This document shows, one piece after another, positions 19,105-28,819 of a DNA stretch of 64,000 nucleotides. Both the position numbers and the translations under genes were made by a program. Position 1 is the first letter of the stretch. Each line of letters opens with the position of its first letter. Under the pieces are notes generated by a model. It saw only the letters and a list, made by a program, of their open reading frames with translations, ran no database searches and was not told where the DNA came from. Origin of the DNA: Alkalispirochaeta sp. (GTDB taxonomy: Bacteria > Spirochaetota > Spirochaetia > DSM-27196 > Alkalispirochaetaceae); the NCBI GenBank assembly GCA_965601925.1, contig OZ271854.1:992001-1056000 (forward strand), read 5' to 3'.

Positions 19105-21726
19105 TTACGGCATCCAACGCTTGCTTCTTGAGGCCATACGCACCGAGCGCGTCGGCTGTACCCCCGTCGAGCCGGGGCACAACGCGGCGGCAAACCGTTC
19201 GAACGACATCGGTGCTCCGGTCAGATACCCTTGGAGTTTGTCGACACCCATCGTTATCAGCGTGTCACGCTGGGTCTCGGTTTCGACTCCCTCGGCGCAC
19301 ACGACGAGCCCCAGCTCTTTCGCCAAGTTCACTATCCAGCGGACGATCTGACGATCCTGTGGGTTGTGATCCATCCCTGCGACGAAGCTCCGATCGATCT
19401 TCAGTTCGTCGATCGGGAGTGCGCGGATGTTGCTCAACGACGAGTACCCGGTGCCGAAATCGTCGAGCGCGATTCTGACACCGCGTCGGCGGAGCTCATG
19501 CAGTACCTCGATCGAGCGAGCTCGATGGCGCATCATCGTGTGCTCCGTTACCTCCAAAATCAGACGCTCGGAGGGTATTGCGCCGCTTTGTAAAACGTTC
19601 TCCACATCGGCGACGATCGCCTCATTCGTCAGATGTCCCGCCGAAACGTTGATCGAAAGATCGATGTCGTCCCCGCACAACTGCCGATAATATGCCGCAC
19701 CTTTGTCGAGCACCCGTTGTCCGATCTTCACGATGAGACCGTTGTCTTCGGCGACGGGAACAAACCGGGACGGAGGCACCTCGCCGAGCTCCGGATCGGT
19801 CCAGCGCAGCAATACCTCAGCCGAAACGATGCGACCGCTGACGGCATCGAGCTGCGGTTGAAACACAATGGACAGGAGATCCATCTGGAGAGCGCGCGGC
19901 AGGCGTCCTCCGACGCTGAGATGTTCGTTCGACCTGAGCGCCATCTCCTCGGCGAAGATCACATACCGACCGCGCCCGGCTCGCTTTGCACAGTACATCG
20001 CGGCATCGGCGTTCTGAAGCAAGGTATACGGGTCGCCGCCGTGCCGCGGATAGTCACTCACACCGATACTTGCGCCGATCAGTACGTCATGTCCTGCGAC
20101 ACGGAACGTATGCGATGCTCCGTGCACGATCGCATCCGCAACGCGAACCGGCGCCTCACGCGTCTGAAGATCGAGGCACACGACGACGAACTCGTCGCCA
20201 CCCAGGCGAAACAAGCGGTCGGTTTTACCGATGATCCGTCGGAATCGACTCGCGACGCTACGAAGGAGCTCATCGCCCGATAGGTGGCCGAGCGTATCGT
20301 TCACATGCTTGAAGTTATCGAGATCGACGAAGAGCACGCCGAACATTCGGTTGAGCCGCTCCGACCGCAGGATCTCGTCTTCCAAGAGGGCGTACAATGC
20401 GACGCGATTCGGCAAGCCGGTGACACTGTCTTCGCGAGCCATGACCTCAAGACGATCGTTGGCCTCGGTCAGAGCGATCGACAGGCGCTCCTGATCGGCG
20501 AGTGCGTTCGAGAAGCGCCTCGCCAGGCTGAGGGACTGGGTGATGAGCAACGCCAAACCGACCGCGTTGTGAACGGGAGGTCCACTCACGAGTCCGTAGT
20601 ATCGCAAGCTATCGAACACGACACTGACAACGGCCAGGATTCCGACAACGAGAAAAGCTCGTGCTCCGCGGACCCCCCTTCTAACGAGCCCCACCATCCG
20701 GACGCCGATCCAGACAAACGCGACGGCCAACGCCACCTGCACGACGCGAACCGAGAAGGTCATGACCATAATCGGTGCGACGATCGCGATCACAGCCGCG
20801 CACGTAACCACGCCGATGTACAGCCACGACGGAATCGGGCCGATGCGCATCTCGAACATCCGGTAGGCATACAGCACGAAAAAGAGGGCCACGCCGTAGA
20901 GGCCCAGATACTCAATCCGAATCATGAGCCCCCACGGAACTGCGGGGAGGAGAGCGTTCCAGTACACGGCACTGCTGTATCCCGCTCGGACGGTGAAGCA
21001 GAGCGCGGCAAGGGCAAACCACAGGAGGACACGATCCGACCGGCGAGTGGCAAACAGCGCAAAGTGGTACAGCGCGATGAAGACCCCCGCACCGATGAAC
21101 AACCAATCGCGAAATGTCCAGAATTGATGAAACCGGTCGATGCGCTCCGCGGTACCGAAGTGTACGGTACTACGCAACCCGGCGGAGCTGTGCTCCCAGT
21201 TCGCGACTTCGATACGAATATCGAGTACACCGTCGACCGGCGCATCGAAGCGATACACGGCGGGATACCACTGTGGGCGGTGTCGACGAGGGTCGAGACT
21301 CGGTTCGCCGACGCCGCCGACGACGTCGCCGTTCACGATGAGACGGTACGCGGTGGGAACAAACCCGATGCGCAAAGCGAGCGTGGATAACGATGCCCCG
21401 TCAAGGTGTAAGACGAGGCGGTACGTTCCCGCTCCGCGAGAGGGTATGCCGTACAACGACCAACTGGACGGCACCTCTATCGATATGGCGTCGATCGGAG
21501 AGGGGTCCCGGCCGATAAAGCGTCCCGGATAGAAGAGCCAGCTACCGTGGAGGGTGCGTACGCTTCCCGGATCAACCGTGTATGCCGCGGTGTGTTCTCC
21601 GACACGTTGGGCGCCGAGTGTCCAAATCGTACCGATACCACATAGCAGTATCGTCACGAACACGACTCGAGACCTCGGAAGCGAAAAACCGAACACGCTC
21701 AGAAGTACGCGGAGTAATCGGTCCAT
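19105..21726 (-). CDS. 7TM-DISM sensor diguanylate cyclase/phosphodiesterase (GGDEF-EAL); start uncertain
   Basis: Extracellular jelly-roll-like domain, about 7 TM helices, DLDNFK.VND.LGH..GD, RLGGDEF, EVLLRW, DDFGTGYSSL, EGVE, QGY. Confidence 0.9.
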   Translation of the reverse strand: MDRLLRVLLSVFGFSLPRSRVVFVTILLCGIGTIWTLGAQRVGEHTAAYTVDPGSVRTLHGSWLFYPGRFIGRDPSPIDAISIEVPSSWSLYGIPSRGAGTYRLVLHLDGASLSTLALRIGFVPTAYRLIVNGDVVGGVGEPSLDPRRHRPQWYPAVYRFDAPVDGVLDIRIEVANWEHSSAGLRSTVHFGTAERIDRFHQFWTFRDWLFIGAGVFIALYHFALFATRRSDRVLLWFALAALCFTVRAGYSSAVYWNALLPAVPWGLMIRIEYLGLYGVALFFVLYAYRMFEMRIGPIPSWLYIGVVTCAAVIAIVAPIMVMTFSVRVVQVALAVAFVWIGVRMVGLVRRGVRGARAFLVVGILAVVSVVFDSLRYYGLVSGPPVHNAVGLALLITQSLSLARRFSNALADQERLSIALTEANDRLEVMAREDSVTGLPNRVALYALLEDEILRSERLNRMFGVLFVDLDNFKHVNDTLGHLSGDELLRSVASRFRRIIGKTDRLFRLGGDEFVVVCLDLQTREAPVRVADAIVHGASHTFRVAGHDVLIGASIGVSDYPRHGGDPYTLLQNADAAMYCAKRAGRGRYVIFAEEMALRSNEHLSVGGRLPRALQMDLLSIVFQPQLDAVSGRIVSAEVLLRWTDPELGEVPPSRFVPVAEDNGLIVKIGQRVLDKGAAYYRQLCGDDIDLSINVSAGHLTNEAIVADVENVLQSGAIPSERLILEVTEHTMMRHRARSIEVLHELRRRGVRIALDDFGTGYSSLSNIRALPIDELKIDRSFVAGMDHNPQDRQIVRWIVNLAKELGLVVCAEGVETETQRDTLITMGVDKLQGYLTGAPMSFERFAAALCPGSTGVQPTRSVRMASRSKRWMP

Positions 21727-21853
21727 ATCACGTTTTGAATGTACTCCACATACGTTCTCGGTACCGTCGTTGCGCTCAAAAAGCGACATCGGACTTTACG
21801 TGAAATCCCGTGCCCCGCACTGCGGGCGGACGGAAGGACTTCGAGGAAGACGG

Positions 21854-22231
21854 TCACGCGCTACTCTCTCGATACTCCTCGGCCAAACGTTTCTTTTGTA
21901 CCTCCTTGATCTCCGCCCACGACAGGCCGCGCTCGATCCCGGCAATGCGCTCCTCGTACTTTGCGACGGCTCGTTGTGCGACGCGGGCGAGGGAAATGCC
22001 GCGCTCGCGTTCCAGACAGACAAGTACATTGAGGTAGTCCCACAGAACGTCTCCCAACTCGTCCTCCAGATAACACAGACGCTCGCGGTCGATCTCCTCT
22101 TTGACCTCCGTGAGCTCTTGCACCATCTCATTGAGGTAGGTTGAAGAGCCGTCGGACCACCGTCCCCGCTGATCGATTCCGTACTTTCGCCGAGCAGTAT
22201 AAAGAAGCGCTTCGATCTCGTTCGATGTCAC
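21854..22231 (-). CDS. MazG-like nucleotide pyrophosphohydrolase
   Basis: ELTEVKEEI..LEDELGDVLW motif; GGAGG RBS before GTG 22231. Confidence 0.82.
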   Translation of the reverse strand: MTSNEIEALLYTARRKYGIDQRGRWSDGSSTYLNEMVQELTEVKEEIDRERLCYLEDELGDVLWDYLNVLVCLERERGISLARVAQRAVAKYEERIAGIERGLSWAEIKEVQKKRLAEEYRESSA

Positions 22232-22368
22232 CGATTCCTCCGTATTGAACACACGTGGCCGCTATTATGCGACGAACGTCGTAGTATCTTCCATATCGGT
22301 AGGCGTGCGATGCGGTGGACATCACACACGTTCACCGCCGGCAGAACGAATCACATGGGGAGGATACC

Positions 22369-22764
22369 GTGATCGGACACGCAGGAAGAATCGGCTTTCA
22401 TACCGTTACACCGTACATCATGGTGGGGGACATCGACGCGTTTCAGCGGTTTCTGGGCGACGTTTTTGACGCGACGGAGACGTACCGAGCCACCGGCTCG
22501 GGCGGCGGGACACATTTGGAAATGCAGATCGGAGACTCGCGGATCATGATCGGCGAGTCCGCGGGAGGTTCTACTCCGACCTATCTCTTTCTGTATGTGG
22601 AAGACGTCGTCGCGATACACGGTCGCGCCCTTCGCGCCGGCGCGAGGGAGATGTTGCCGATAGAGAAGGGACAATTCCAAGAGGAGCTGGGCGCCGCGTT
22701 TACCGATCCCTTTGGAAACGGTTGGTTCGTAGCGTACCACGGGCCGGAGAGCGCGTCGCCGTAA
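22369..22764 (+). CDS. VOC/glyoxalase family protein (PhnB-like)
   Basis: TVTPYI, HLEMQIGDSRIMI, LYVEDV, DPFGNGW; GGAGGA RBS. Confidence 0.85.
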   Translation: MIGHAGRIGFHTVTPYIMVGDIDAFQRFLGDVFDATETYRATGSGGGTHLEMQIGDSRIMIGESAGGSTPTYLFLYVEDVVAIHGRALRAGAREMLPIEKGQFQEELGAAFTDPFGNGWFVAYHGPESASP

Positions 22765-22857
22765 TGTTGCGGGCGTGCACGATCGTTATCGGCCTCTCAC
22801 GCGGGTAGAAACGGCTTCGCGCGTACGAAAGCCGATGTGCGGAGCTCGGAGAAATAC

Positions 22858-23730
22858 TCACAGACGCTTCTCGAACCAGTGGTGCGCGTACGGCTCGTCG
22901 TTGAACCGTTCGATCTCGTAGTACCCGCTGCGGCGGTAGAGGGCGATCGCTTCGGTGAGCGTCTTATTGGTGTCGAGGCGTACCACCGGAAGATCTCGCT
23001 CCCGTGCCAGACCCTCGAGATGCCCGAGTATTCGTCGCGCAATGCCGAGTCCGCGAGAGGCACCGGCTACCCACAGTCGCTTAATCTCGCCGTAGCCGGA
23101 GCGAAACTTCAGCCCTCCGCATCCGACGGCCTCGCCGTGCAGCCGGGCCACCACGAAGTAACCGGCCGGGGGCGTCATCTCACGAGCCGCGGGATTCAGA
23201 CTCCGCTCGGGATCAAAGCCGGTATCAAAACGCTCGTCGAGCTCCCGATAGTAGTGTTCCAAACACGCTTTCGCAGTTGTACTGCCCGCGTCTTCCAGGG
23301 TGAGGACGACCGAGCCCGCCTTCAGCAGTCGCACGACGGTACCCATCGCCTCCACGAGCGTTCGGCGCTGCTTCTCCGATAGGGCGGCAAGCATGGACGC
23401 CGCCGCTTCATCGGAGAGTCGATTCAGGAGCGCACGTTCGCCCCGTCCCGCCTCGGTTAAGGTTGCCGTCCGCACCCGGGAATCGCGGGTCGACGGTCTG
23501 AGGAGAATGAGCCCTTGCGTCTGAAGCGTCCTAAGCAGCCGACTCGTGTAGCCGGAGTCCAACGCAAGACGCGCACGAAGCTCCCGCACCTCCGAGCCGT
23601 TCTCCCCGATTTCAAAGAGAAGTCTGGAAGCCCCCAAAGAACGAGCGCGGCCCAAGAAGCGCCCGTCGAGAGCTCCGACTCGTTGTGTCACCGCGCGGTT
23701 GAACTCGCGGACCCGAGCAATATCGTTCAT
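22858..23730 (-). CDS. MarR HTH-GNAT acetyltransferase fusion
   Basis: VREFNR..LALDSGYTSRLL..DSRVR..LTEAG wHTH; GEIKRLWV..RGLGIARRIL..LDTN..EAIALY GNAT. Confidence 0.88.
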   Translation of the reverse strand: MNDIARVREFNRAVTQRVGALDGRFLGRARSLGASRLLFEIGENGSEVRELRARLALDSGYTSRLLRTLQTQGLILLRPSTRDSRVRTATLTEAGRGERALLNRLSDEAAASMLAALSEKQRRTLVEAMGTVVRLLKAGSVVLTLEDAGSTTAKACLEHYYRELDERFDTGFDPERSLNPAAREMTPPAGYFVVARLHGEAVGCGGLKFRSGYGEIKRLWVAGASRGLGIARRILGHLEGLARERDLPVVRLDTNKTLTEAIALYRRSGYYEIERFNDEPYAHHWFEKRL

Positions 23731-23766
23731 TTATCTGACTATAGTCAGATAAATGAAATCGGTCAA
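23726..23766 (-). promoter_or_regulatory. Promoter TTGACC-17-TATAGT with a perfect 32-bp palindromic operator covering -10 and the ATG
   Basis: TTCATTTATCTGACTA|TAGTCAGATAAATGAA at 23726-23757. Confidence 0.8.
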
Positions 23767-23866
23767 CGCGTCGGCACACCCAAAGAGGGTCCACTACCGA
23801 TGGGCTGTGTCGGACGATACGGTACCGGGCACCATTTCGTACCATCGACCGACGCCGCCGGGTGGG

Positions 23867-25453
23867 CTACTCCGCTACGCCGGTTCCCGCACGGATGCGG
23901 TCCGCCGAGTCGACCGTCCCCCCGGCCATGAGGGCGCCGATATCCTCGATCCGCGCATCGTCTCGCCCTACGATTCCTACGATCCGTCCCTCGTAGATAA
24001 CCGCGATCCGGTCGGAGAGCGTTCGAATCTCGTCCAGGTCTTCGGATATGAGAAGAATGGCCGTTCCGTTGTCCCGTTGCGCCAAGAGCATCTCGTGAAT
24101 GTACTCCGACGAGCCGATGTCGACCCCTCGAGTCGGCTGCGCCGCGACGAGTACCGCGGGACTGCGCGACAGCTCCCGGGCGAGAATGAGTTTTTGGATG
24201 TTGCCGCCCGATAGGTTTTTGAGGGGAGAGGCGAGGCTCGGCGTCTTGACTGCGTACTGCCCGACCAGGGCCCCCGCGTGGCGTTCCATCTCCCGAAATC
24301 TCAGAAATATCCAACTGCAGAATCGCCGATCGGCGTGATCTCTCAGAAAGACGTTCTCCTGAACGGAGAAGCGGTCGATCGCGCCGTCCCGCATCCGCTC
24401 CTCGGGGACGCACGACAGACCGAGATCGGCCCGTTCATCGATCGTCGCATCGGAAATATCGCGTCCGTCGATGCGAATCGTTCCCGCGCGTTTCGGGCGT
24501 ACCCCTGCGAGGGCCTCGGCGAGTTCCCGTTGCCCGTTGCCGGAGACACCCGCCAGGCCGACGATCTCCCCCCGGTGAACCGTGAGATCGACGCCGCATA
24601 CCAGTTCGGTGCCGCGATCGCCCCGTACACGCAATCCCTCAACCGAGAGACCTCCCGGTTTCGTCGCGGCCGGAACCCGCTCGTGCCCGGACAGCTCGCG
24701 TCCGACCATCAATCGCACGAGCTCCTCGCGATTCACCTCAGAGGTGCGACGCGTGCCCATCGTCACCCCGTCCCGAAGCACCGTCACCCGATCACTGATC
24801 TCCAGTACCTCGTGCAACTTATGGGATATGAAGAGCAGGGAGTGCCCCTCCGCGGTCATACGTTTGAGCGTTCGAAAGAGATCCCGCACCTCCCCCGGAG
24901 TCAACACGGCCGTCGGCTCATCCAAGATTACGAGGCTCGCGCCCCGTTCCAGGACTTTGAGTATCTCAACGCGTTGTTGCTCTCCTACCGATAGCTGCCA
25001 GACCGACGCCTCGGGATTCACGGCCAGACCGTACGCTTCGGAGAGGTCGCGAATGCGCGAGCTCACCCGATCGAGATCCAGGCGGATACCTCGCGAGGAC
25101 GACCGTCCGAGGGCGAGATTCTGCGCCACCGTCATGGTCCGAACCAACATGAAGTGCTGGTGGACCATTCCTATACCGGCACGAATCGCGTCGGCGGGGG
25201 ATCGAAACGACACGGGACGTCCGTTAATGCGAATCTCGCCCCCGTCCGGTTGATACATTCCGTAGAGTTGGCGCATCAACGTACTCTTCCCGGCACCGTT
25301 CTCACCGAGAACGGCGTGGATTTCTCCAGAGCGCAGATCGAGCGAGACGCCGTCGTTGGCCCGCACGCCGGGGAACCGCTTTACGATATCGATCATTTCC
25401 ATATGGTCGATCCGAGCCGGCTCCGGCGTCGTGCTGAAACGCGCTATTCTCAT
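23867..25453 (-). CDS. Nucleoside/purine ABC transporter ATP-binding protein (CUT2, two NBDs); start uncertain
   Basis: GENGAGKST, LSVGEQQRVEI, LDEPT, GVSGNGQ, LSGGNIQK, ISEDLDE. Confidence 0.92.
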   Translation of the reverse strand: MRIARFSTTPEPARIDHMEMIDIVKRFPGVRANDGVSLDLRSGEIHAVLGENGAGKSTLMRQLYGMYQPDGGEIRINGRPVSFRSPADAIRAGIGMVHQHFMLVRTMTVAQNLALGRSSSRGIRLDLDRVSSRIRDLSEAYGLAVNPEASVWQLSVGEQQRVEILKVLERGASLVILDEPTAVLTPGEVRDLFRTLKRMTAEGHSLLFISHKLHEVLEISDRVTVLRDGVTMGTRRTSEVNREELVRLMVGRELSGHERVPAATKPGGLSVEGLRVRGDRGTELVCGVDLTVHRGEIVGLAGVSGNGQRELAEALAGVRPKRAGTIRIDGRDISDATIDERADLGLSCVPEERMRDGAIDRFSVQENVFLRDHADRRFCSWIFLRFREMERHAGALVGQYAVKTPSLASPLKNLSGGNIQKLILARELSRSPAVLVAAQPTRGVDIGSSEYIHEMLLAQRDNGTAILLISEDLDEIRTLSDRIAVIYEGRIVGIVGRDDARIEDIGALMAGGTVDSADRIRAGTGVAE

Positions 25454-25487
25454 ACGCAATCCGCGCATCCCGGATATGTCACCGTCT

Positions 25488-26495
25488 TCACGGCTCCACG
25501 GTGATTGATCCGTCGACGATGCCCGCGACGGCCGCCTCGGCGGCATCGATCACCTCCGACGGAATGTCGAATCCGTCGTTGTAGGCGATCCTGAGACCAC
25601 CGTTTGCGAGGGTTAACACGTAGCTCTCACCGCCGTATACGCCCCGTTGGGCGCTCTCGATGATCTCCGTCAGCATTGCAGTCCAGTCGTAGACTTGAGA
25701 GGCGACGACCAGGTCCGGCGCGAGGGAGGTCTGGTCGGCCTGGGTACCGAACCACAGGACCGCTCCGTCTTCCTGCGCCGCGCCGATCGAGCCCACCACG
25801 GACTGGGAGGATCCGGTGAGAATATCGGCACCGTTGGCAATGTGCGTCTGCGCGGCGGCGGTCATAAGCGCGACGTCTGAGAACGACCCGGTCCACGTCT
25901 GGGAGACGCGCGCAGTCGGCGCAACGGAGGCGACACCTTGGACGAATCCGCTGATATAGGTTCGGGCATCGCCGACCTCTACGGGACCGGTAACGCCGAT
26001 TTGTCCGCCCCGGGTCATGAGCCCCGCCATAACGCCGTTTACAAACCCGCCCTCCTCGGCCGCCGCGGTGTACGCGTAGACGTTATCGAGACCGAATGTA
26101 TTGACGTCGGTTCCCCAGGCGAAGGCGGTCTCCGGAAAGTCGGGGGCCATGTCCTCGACGAAGGTTCCGTATTGCGATCCGTGGGCCACGATCAGGTCGA
26201 AACCCTGAGAAGCGTAATCCCGTACCGCTGCGGCGGCGTCGGGGACGTTGAACATGTTCTCCGAATAGACCAACTCGACGGCGCTCTCGCCGCCCATCTC
26301 TTCCTGTACCGTCACCAGGGCCGACCACATCGACTGACTGAAGGCGGTATCGGTCGTGGCGCTCGGCATTACCACGGCAATGCGAAAACGTTCGTCTTCG
26401 CCCGCTTCCGACACCTCACCGCTTCCCCCGGCCCAGACTGAGGAGACGAGTACCACAAGACCAACAACACGGAACACCATCGATCGTACGTTCAT
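25488..26495 (-). CDS. BMP family nucleoside-binding protein
   Basis: Signal peptide VWAGG; DTAFSQS, DYASQGFDLIVAHGSQY, WTGSFSD; AAGGAG RBS. Confidence 0.88.
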   Translation of the reverse strand: MNVRSMVFRVVGLVVLVSSVWAGGSGEVSEAGEDERFRIAVVMPSATTDTAFSQSMWSALVTVQEEMGGESAVELVYSENMFNVPDAAAAVRDYASQGFDLIVAHGSQYGTFVEDMAPDFPETAFAWGTDVNTFGLDNVYAYTAAAEEGGFVNGVMAGLMTRGGQIGVTGPVEVGDARTYISGFVQGVASVAPTARVSQTWTGSFSDVALMTAAAQTHIANGADILTGSSQSVVGSIGAAQEDGAVLWFGTQADQTSLAPDLVVASQVYDWTAMLTEIIESAQRGVYGGESYVLTLANGGLRIAYNDGFDIPSEVIDAAEAAVAGIVDGSITVEP

Positions 26496-26557
26496 ATGAG
26501 TCACTCCTTTTGTTAGATGTCCTCTGCACCCTCCACGGGCGCCTTTTCTCGTATCCA

Positions 26558-27490
26558 TTATCCGCCGCCCCGTAAGAAAGGCGTGTTGAGCGCCGCAGGT
26601 CGTCGTCCCTTGTGAACGGTAACCGTTAGCGCGACGATGGTGAGGATGTACGGCAGCATGTTCGCGACGCTCGCCGGAATATCGACCCCGAGCACTTGGA
26701 GCCAGAGTTGAAGAGAGTTGGCGATACTGAAAAGGAGCGCACCGAGCATGACACCCACCGGCGTCCATCCACCGAAGTATACAAGAGCAACGGCGACAAA
26801 ACCCTGCCCCGAGGTCAAGTTATCTTGAAACAGATTGGATATCGATATCGAGAGTGAGGCGCCGCCGACGCCGGCGAGTATCGCACCGAAACAGACACTC
26901 GCATATCGCACTCGATTGACGTTGATGCCCCGGGAATCGGCGGCGTGCGGATTCTGCCCGACCGCTTTGACGGTCAGACCGATCGTAGTGCGTTCGAGAA
27001 TCCACCACGAGAGGGGCACCAAGGCAAAGGCGATGTACACGAGAATGGTATTGTCGAAGAAGATCGGTCCGACGATGGGTATATCGCTGAGACCGGGGAC
27101 GGCGAGGCGCGGAAAACCGCGAATCGTGCGCACCGTGCCGACCAACACTTTGAACAGAAGGCTCGACATGCCGAGTCCGAACATTTGGAGGCCGATGCCG
27201 CTCACCCCCTGTTCCGCCTTCAGGGTGACGCTGACGAACGCCATCATGAGTCCCATCACCAAACCGATTGCCATGGCACACAACAGGCCGAGCCAGAGGT
27301 TCCCGGTCGTCATAGCGACGTAGAACGCGCCGAAGGCACCCATAAGCATGATCCCGTCCACGCCGAGGTTCACGACTCCGGAGTTTTGGGAGAAGGTCTC
27401 TCCGATGGCGGCGAAGAGCAACGGCGTGGCGAGGGTCAACATCGTGTTCAGTAGTCCCACGAGCACCGAGGCGGTAAAGAGGTCCGTCAC
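26558..27490 (-). CDS. Nucleoside ABC transporter permease (NupC-like)
   Basis: ATPLLFAAIGE..SGVVNLGVDG; AVGQNPHAADSRGINV; GQGFVAVA; LPYILT; GTGA overlap with upstream permease. Confidence 0.9.
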   Translation of the reverse strand: MTDLFTASVLVGLLNTMLTLATPLLFAAIGETFSQNSGVVNLGVDGIMLMGAFGAFYVAMTTGNLWLGLLCAMAIGLVMGLMMAFVSVTLKAEQGVSGIGLQMFGLGMSSLLFKVLVGTVRTIRGFPRLAVPGLSDIPIVGPIFFDNTILVYIAFALVPLSWWILERTTIGLTVKAVGQNPHAADSRGINVNRVRYASVCFGAILAGVGGASLSISISNLFQDNLTSGQGFVAVALVYFGGWTPVGVMLGALLFSIANSLQLWLQVLGVDIPASVANMLPYILTIVALTVTVHKGRRPAALNTPFLRGGG

Positions 27491-28572
27491 GCGGCGGCCC
27501 CGGCTCGTGAGCGTATCCGACGCGTCCACCGGCTCGTCCACATGGCGGCTCCCGACACGAGGAGCACGACGAGTCCGAGTATCGCGCTCACGAGTGCCGA
27601 CGGCACCTGAACGGCGCGCTGCATCGTGTCCGCTCCGACCAGAAGCCCTCCGAAGAAGAGGGACGCCGGGATAAGGCCCAAGGGGTGCAGCCATCCGAGG
27701 AGCGCCGCCACGATGCCGGTGAAACCGTACCCGCTGGTGAAGCCCTCGATGAGTCGATAGTGGACCCCCATCACCTCTACCGCCCCCGCAAGACCGGCCA
27801 GCGCTCCGGCGAGAGAGAGTGAGAGCGCCTGGTGGGCCGGGACGTTGATTCCGGCGTAACGCGATGCGTGAGGATTCAAGCCCGTTGCGCGCAAGCGGTA
27901 GCCCACGGTGGTACGCCACAGAAAGACAAACACGACGACCGCCGTGGCGAGGGCGAGAAAGAGCCCGGAGTGAAGAATCGTCCGCGGCACGATACGAGCC
28001 AACCGTGCGTGCTCCGGTAATCTCGCCGACTGGGCGAGGAACGTACCGGCCTCGATACCCGCCGGGTCCATGAGCGGCCCCTGGAGCAGGAGATTCATCA
28101 ATTGTAGAGCGATGGAGTTCATCATAATCGTGGTAAGAATCTCGTTAACGTTGTACTTGGCCTTCAGAAACCCCGGAACGAAACCCCACACCGCGCCGCC
28201 TATACATCCGGCACAGAGCGCCGCCGGCACGAGGAGCCATCGCGGTAGGATCTGGGCGTAAAGGGCGAGCCACGTCGCCAGAAGCGCGCCGGATATCATT
28301 TGGCCGCGCCCGCCGATATTGATACAACTCGAGCGAAAGGCGATGCAAATACCGAGGCCGACGAGTAAAAGGGGAGTCGCTTTGACCAACGTTTGGGTGA
28401 TACCGAAGGTCGTCCCTGCGGCGCCGCGGAACATCGCGGCATATGCGACCCAGGGATTCGCTCCGAGCAGCACGAGAAGGAGCGCACCGATTACGAGGGC
28501 GATGAGGACGCCGGCGACGGGTACGACGAGTCTAATACCGAGTTCTTTCCAGTCGCTCCGGGTGAGGTGCAT
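27487..28572 (-). CDS. Nucleoside ABC transporter permease (NupB-like)
   Basis: ATPLLLVGLG..NIGGRGQ; NEILTTIMMN; GLNPHASRYAGI; GYGFTGIVAALLG. Confidence 0.9.
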   Translation of the reverse strand: MHLTRSDWKELGIRLVVPVAGVLIALVIGALLLVLLGANPWVAYAAMFRGAAGTTFGITQTLVKATPLLLVGLGICIAFRSSCINIGGRGQMISGALLATWLALYAQILPRWLLVPAALCAGCIGGAVWGFVPGFLKAKYNVNEILTTIMMNSIALQLMNLLLQGPLMDPAGIEAGTFLAQSARLPEHARLARIVPRTILHSGLFLALATAVVVFVFLWRTTVGYRLRATGLNPHASRYAGINVPAHQALSLSLAGALAGLAGAVEVMGVHYRLIEGFTSGYGFTGIVAALLGWLHPLGLIPASLFFGGLLVGADTMQRAVQVPSALVSAILGLVVLLVSGAAMWTSRWTRRIRSRAGAAA

Positions 28573-28583
28573 ATTCTGGTTCA

Positions 28584-28600
28584 AGCAAAATGCATACCAG
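28584..28600 (-). promoter_or_regulatory. Sigma54 (-24/-12) promoter for the nucleoside ABC operon
   Basis: CTGGTATGCATTTTGCT matches TGGYAYR-N4-TTGCW with GG-N10-GC spacing; AT-rich DNA upstream. Confidence 0.65.
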
Positions 28601-28819
28601 ATGCGAAGTGACTACACCAACTTCTTAACTTCTTCTCCCGTATATAAAAGAGACGTCGCGACGTTACAATACTGACAAGTACACTATGGTATATACTACA
28701 TTTTCGTATGTTCTTCCGCTCAAACCTACCTCCTTGTAGCAAAGCCCCATAGTAAGTGGCGTGCAGTGTCAACCGTATGGAGGAGCGCGCCGCAGGCCGA
28801 TATCCGGTCGGCGGCGCGG

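Noticed and set aside
21854..22231. MazG-like gene as anti-phage defence
   Set aside because: Stand-alone with no defence neighbours; nucleotide housekeeping is the simpler reading
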